This document shows positions 60,545 to 64,000 of a stretch of DNA of 64,000 nucleotides, piece by piece. Position 1 is the first letter of the stretch; each line of letters opens with the position of its first letter. This DNA comes from an uncultured cyanobacterium (GTDB taxonomy: Bacteria > Cyanobacteriota > Cyanobacteriia > Cyanobacteriales > Nostocaceae). The stretch spans positions 352,001-416,000 of the forward strand of contig CAVUDP010000004.1 of assembly GCA_963740315.1 (NCBI GenBank). The letters run 5' to 3'. The notes under the pieces were generated by a model. It did no database searches. It saw only the letters and a list, made by a program, of their open reading frames with translations, and was not told where the DNA came from. The translations under genes were made by a program, and so were the position numbers.

Positions 60545-60880
60545 CTAACTCACAGCATATTCGGTAAACTTACGCATAAACGGAGACTGAAACCCTAAAA
60601 CAATATCTTCCTTGGGAACTCCCAAATCAACCAAATCTGCTGCAATATCATCTTCCGTACCGTTCCATTGCAGCCAAATTTTTTCACCTTTAATATCTAT
60701 GTGAATAATACAAGAATGCGTCCAATTATCACCTTCCCAGCCTACATAAACAATTTGATAATGGTCGCGTTGTGTATCAAAAATTGTTTGAACTTCAATA
60801 TCCCCATAGGCTGATTTATGTTTACCGTGTTCAAGTAATATTTGCTGTACTAATTGACGGTATTTTGTTAATTTCTCCAT
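60545..60880 (-). CDS. xisI: XisI family protein
   Basis: FDTQRDHY, GW, IHIDI, IWLQWNGTE, GVPKEDIVLGF. Confidence 0.92.
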   Translation of the reverse strand: MEKLTKYRQLVQQILLEHGKHKSAYGDIEVQTIFDTQRDHYQIVYVGWEGDNWTHSCIIHIDIKGEKIWLQWNGTEDDIAADLVDLGVPKEDIVLGFQSPFMRKFTEYAVS

Positions 60881-61287
60881 TCAACAATCTCCTCACGTTC
60901 TATATCATAAACAATTATCTTAACTTTATTTTCTTGTATCATCTCTTTGGGAAAATCAAGTTGAAAAAACGTTTTATAAGTGATTAAAGGAACTGCTAAA
61001 TACAAAATGCGTTCCGGCTCTCGTCGCCTTAAAGCACCTCTATAATTAATAAACTGACCCAAAGCAGTATGAAATTCGGAGATTGCAGATGACTTTTCTA
61101 AAAAGCTTTTGACTTCTACAGCAATTTTTTTTCCTTCTCGTTCTGCTGCAATGAGCTTTTCTGCTGCCAAGTCAATTGACATACTCACACCACCTAAGTT
61201 AAATGAAAGTGGGTCGTGAGTTATCTGCCAAGCATCTTTTTGTAAAGCTTTCTTAACAACTTCGTGAAAGGCATCTCTGGCAGACAT
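60868..61287 (-). CDS. xisH: XisH family protein
   Basis: MSARDAFH, WQITHDP, IAVEVKSF, FHTALGQF, LYLAVP. Confidence 0.92.
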   Translation of the reverse strand: MSARDAFHEVVKKALQKDAWQITHDPLSFNLGGVSMSIDLAAEKLIAAEREGKKIAVEVKSFLEKSSAISEFHTALGQFINYRGALRRREPERILYLAVPLITYKTFFQLDFPKEMIQENKVKIIVYDIEREEIVEWRN

Positions 61288-61410
61288 AAATATTTATTCT
61301 AGTACTTTTTACTTGTATACTATCTCAGTTGACCAGTATCTTAAAGGCTTTTCTCAAAATGTAGAATTAACGCAAAAACTCTCTACTACTTCTTCCCTCT
61401 GCGTTCTCCG

Positions 61411-61677
61411 CGTCTAATAAGGTTTATTATTCCGGAAATGGTGCGTTACGGCATTTTCAAAATGGTAAGTTTAACCGCAACATATTAGAGCCGTAACACA
61501 CCCTACAAAAATTGAACCATCGTTAAAGTTTATTTACAAAAACGTCTAATAAGGTTTTATATTCCGGCAATGGTGCGTTACGGCATTTCCAAAATGGTAA
61601 GTTTAACCGCAACATATTAAAGCCATAACACACCCTACAAAAGATGAACCAAACTTAAAATTTATTTACAAAAACGT
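61411..61677. repeat. Tandem duplication of a 132-bp unit containing a REP-like half element
   Basis: cgtctaataagg.. starts at 61411 and 61543. Confidence 0.85.
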
Positions 61678-61862
61678 TACTTAACTTACCGTCATTGCCT
61701 TTAAAATCCCCAATTGTTAGGAAAATTAACCGTTAAATCAACTTCTATTAACTTCGCTTCATCATAAGTACTTATTTTGCGACAATTAAGAACGTTGATA
61801 AATTAAAGCACTTATAGTCCGATCGCCGGACAATATTTTCTATAAAACGGAGAACACTTGGA

Positions 61863-63389
61863 ATGAAGTTAGCTTACTGGATGTATGCTGGTCCCGCTCA
61901 CATTGGTACTTTGCGGGTTGCCACGTCTTTTAAAAACGTTCACGCTATTATGCACGCTCCGATTGGCGATGATTATTTTAATGTGATGCGATCGATGTTG
62001 GAACGCGAACGGAATTTTACTCCAGTAACCACTAGTGTTGTTGACCGTAATGTTCTTGCTCGCGGTTCTCAAGAAAAAGTAGTGGATAACATTACCCGCA
62101 AAGACTCTGAGGAACATCCCGATTTAATCGTATTGACTCCGACTTGCACTTCCAGCATTCTCCAAGAAGATTTAGAAAATTTTGTGGAAAGGGCGCAAAT
62201 GGATGCTAAATGCGATGTGATGCTGGCTGATGTCAATCACTATCGTGTCAACGAGTTGGAAGCTGCCGATCGCACTTTGCATCAAGTTGTCAAATACTAC
62301 ATTGAAAAAGCACGTAAAAAAGACGAACTTCCTACTAGTAAGACTGAAAAACCTTCTGTAAATATTATCGGTATTTCAACTTTGGGTTTTCATAACCTGC
62401 ACGATTGCACCGAGTTGAAGAAATTGATGAACGATTTGGGTGTTGAAATTAACGCAGTTATCCCCGAAGGTGCTTCAGTTCACGAATTGAAGAACTTACC
62501 CCGCGCTTGGTTTAACTTAGTACCTTACCGCGAACTTGGCATGATGTCAGCCAAGTATTTAGAAGCCGAATTTGGAACGCCTTACGTTGATATTGCTCCA
62601 ATGGGTGTAGTAGAAACTGCTCGCTGTATCCGTAAAATTCAGCAGGTAATCAATCAACAAGGTGCAGAAGTAGATTACGAAGAATTCATCAAAGAGCAAA
62701 CCCTGCACGTATCTCAAGCTGCATGGTTCTCTCGTTCGATTGACTGTCAGAACTTGACGGGGAAAAAAGCCGTTGTATTTGGCGACAACACCCACGCAGC
62801 CGCGATGACCAAAATTTTAGCGCGGGAAATGGGAATTCACGTAGTTTGGGCTGGCACATACTGTAAATACGATGCAGACTGGTTCCGCGAGCAAGTTAGC
62901 GAATACTGCGACGAAGTACTGATTACCGACAATCATGGTGAAATTGGAGATGCGATCGCCAGAGTTGAACCTTCAGCAATTTTCGGTACGCAAATGGAGC
63001 GTCACGTAGGTAAGCGCTTGAATATTCCTTGCGGTGTAATAGCTGCACCGATTCACATTCAGAATTTCCCTATCGGTTATAAGCCTTTCATGGGCTATGA
63101 AGGAACTAACCAAATCGCCGACTTAGTATATAATTCCTTCACCTTGGGAATGGAAGATCACCTATTAGAAATCTTCGGTGGACACGATACCAAAGAAGTA
63201 ATTACCAAAGGAATTTCTGCCGACTCCGACTTAGGTTGGACAAAAGAAGGATTAGCAGAATTGAACAAAATACCTGGATTTGTACGCGGAAAAGTGAAGC
63301 GAAATACCGAGAAATTTGCACGAGAAAGAGGTGTTAAAGATATTAACGTTGAGGTATTGTATGCAGCGAAAGAATCAGTTGGTGCTTAA
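61863..63389 (+). CDS. chlB: Light-independent protochlorophyllide reductase subunit B
   Basis: [31 protein letters not shown]-terminal PCP_red IPGFVRGKV. Confidence 0.97.
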   Translation: MKLAYWMYAGPAHIGTLRVATSFKNVHAIMHAPIGDDYFNVMRSMLERERNFTPVTTSVVDRNVLARGSQEKVVDNITRKDSEEHPDLIVLTPTCTSSILQEDLENFVERAQMDAKCDVMLADVNHYRVNELEAADRTLHQVVKYYIEKARKKDELPTSKTEKPSVNIIGISTLGFHNLHDCTELKKLMNDLGVEINAVIPEGASVHELKNLPRAWFNLVPYRELGMMSAKYLEAEFGTPYVDIAPMGVVETARCIRKIQQVINQQGAEVDYEEFIKEQTLHVSQAAWFSRSIDCQNLTGKKAVVFGDNTHAAAMTKILAREMGIHVVWAGTYCKYDADWFREQVSEYCDEVLITDNHGEIGDAIARVEPSAIFGTQMERHVGKRLNIPCGVIAAPIHIQNFPIGYKPFMGYEGTNQIADLVYNSFTLGMEDHLLEIFGGHDTKEVITKGISADSDLGWTKEGLAELNKIPGFVRGKVKRNTEKFARERGVKDINVEVLYAAKESVGA

Positions 63390-63428
63390 CTAATTGGATT
63401 TGACGTTAATACAAAAGTTAGTTTAATT

Positions 63429-63464
63429 AAAAGCTTCTCGTTATTTTTTGACGGGAGGCTTTTA
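63429..63464 (+). terminator. Rho-independent terminator of chlB
   Basis: aaaagcttctcgtta...tgacgggaggctttt hairpin with T-tail. Confidence 0.7.
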
Positions 63465-63469
63465 TTATA

Positions 63470-63750
63470 TTTATTTAATCGTAGTGCGTTAGCGCAGCGT
63501 GTCCGTAAGGACAAGCATCTTGCTCGTTAGAACATCTGTAGATTCATTTAATCGTAGTGCGAGCAAGATGCTCGCTAGAATATCGATACATTTATTTAAT
63601 CGTAGTGCGAGCAAGATGCTCGCTAGAACATCAATACATTTATTTAATCGTAGTGCGTTAGCGCAGCGTGTCCGTAAGGACAAGCATCTTGCTCGCTAGA
63701 ATATCTGTAGATTCATTTAACCGTAGTGCGAGCATCTTGCTCGCTAGAAT
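63470..63750. repeat. Five-unit 48-bp tandem array of a palindromic REP-like unit, two units with a 25-nt insert
   Basis: Unit att(t/c)atttaatcgtagtgcg-agca(tct/aga)tgct-cgctagaa..; insert ttagcgcagcgtgtccgtaaggaca in units 1 and 4. Confidence 0.85.
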
Positions 63751-63795
63751 ATAATAATAAAGAGCAAGAAAATGTGATATGAAGTGGAGAAATAA

Positions 63796-64000
63796 ATGAT
63801 AAGCGAATCAGCATCTTTACAAACAGCAATTGAATATGTTGAAGCACTATCCACAGAAGAACAAGATATGTTATTTGAACTTATCAAAAAAAGACGTATT
63901 GAAAAACGACGTGAAGAAATTGCAGCAAGTGCAACTGAGACTTTAAAAGAATGGAAATCAGGTAAAGCCAAACGCGGTAAGTTTTCAGATTTAAAAGCCG
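63796..64000 (+). CDS. Small hypothetical protein, antitoxin-like (runs off window end)
   Basis: GGAG RBS; MISESASLQTAIEYVEALSTEEQDMLFELIKKRRIEKRREEIAASATETLKEWKSGKAKRG. Confidence 0.65.
   Translation, partial: MISESASLQTAIEYVEALSTEEQDMLFELIKKRRIEKRREEIAASATETLKEWKSGKAKRGKFSDLKA

Noticed and set aside
60545..61287. fdxN-type excision element
   Set aside because: No XisF-like serine recombinase or interrupted gene in the window
63470..63750. Possible CRISPR array
   Set aside because: Intervening sequences are short and near-identical rather than unique spacers; the unit is a REP-like palindrome found elsewhere; no cas genes

Overview
AT-rich chromosomal segment of a filamentous, probably heterocyst-forming (Nostocales/Rivulariaceae-like) cyanobacterium. 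This is inferred from frequent HIP1 octamers (GCGATCGC), heptamer/octamer STRR tracts and the genes pxcA, psb30, raf1, ycf37, chlB, xisH/xisI and rpmI-rplT. Most of the window is housekeeping genes (recJ, clpC-like, menG, UvrD helicase, two mltA paralogs) interspersed with many GTAG-type REP/MITE-like and very small dispersed repeats. Three loci stand out. (1) A co-oriented cluster of eight small secreted proteins (5743-9565), five of which share a duplicated Q/N/S/G-rich ~32-aa repeat; three of these are tandem near-identical copies. The cluster has shared CAACAC leader repeats and a divergent XRE regulator, and is a candidate undescribed functional-amyloid/extracellular-fibre operon. (2) A sigma-factor-like / DUF1822 / membrane-anchored CHAT (caspase-like) protease-periplasmic sensor triad (43367-47969), a candidate protease-gated transmembrane signalling system. 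(3) An asnB-like amidotransferase plus an unusual SAM methyltransferase (15440-18475), a candidate small-molecule or osmolyte pathway. No rRNA, tRNA, CRISPR array or intact transposase was seen. All calls are by eye from motifs; no database searches were run.
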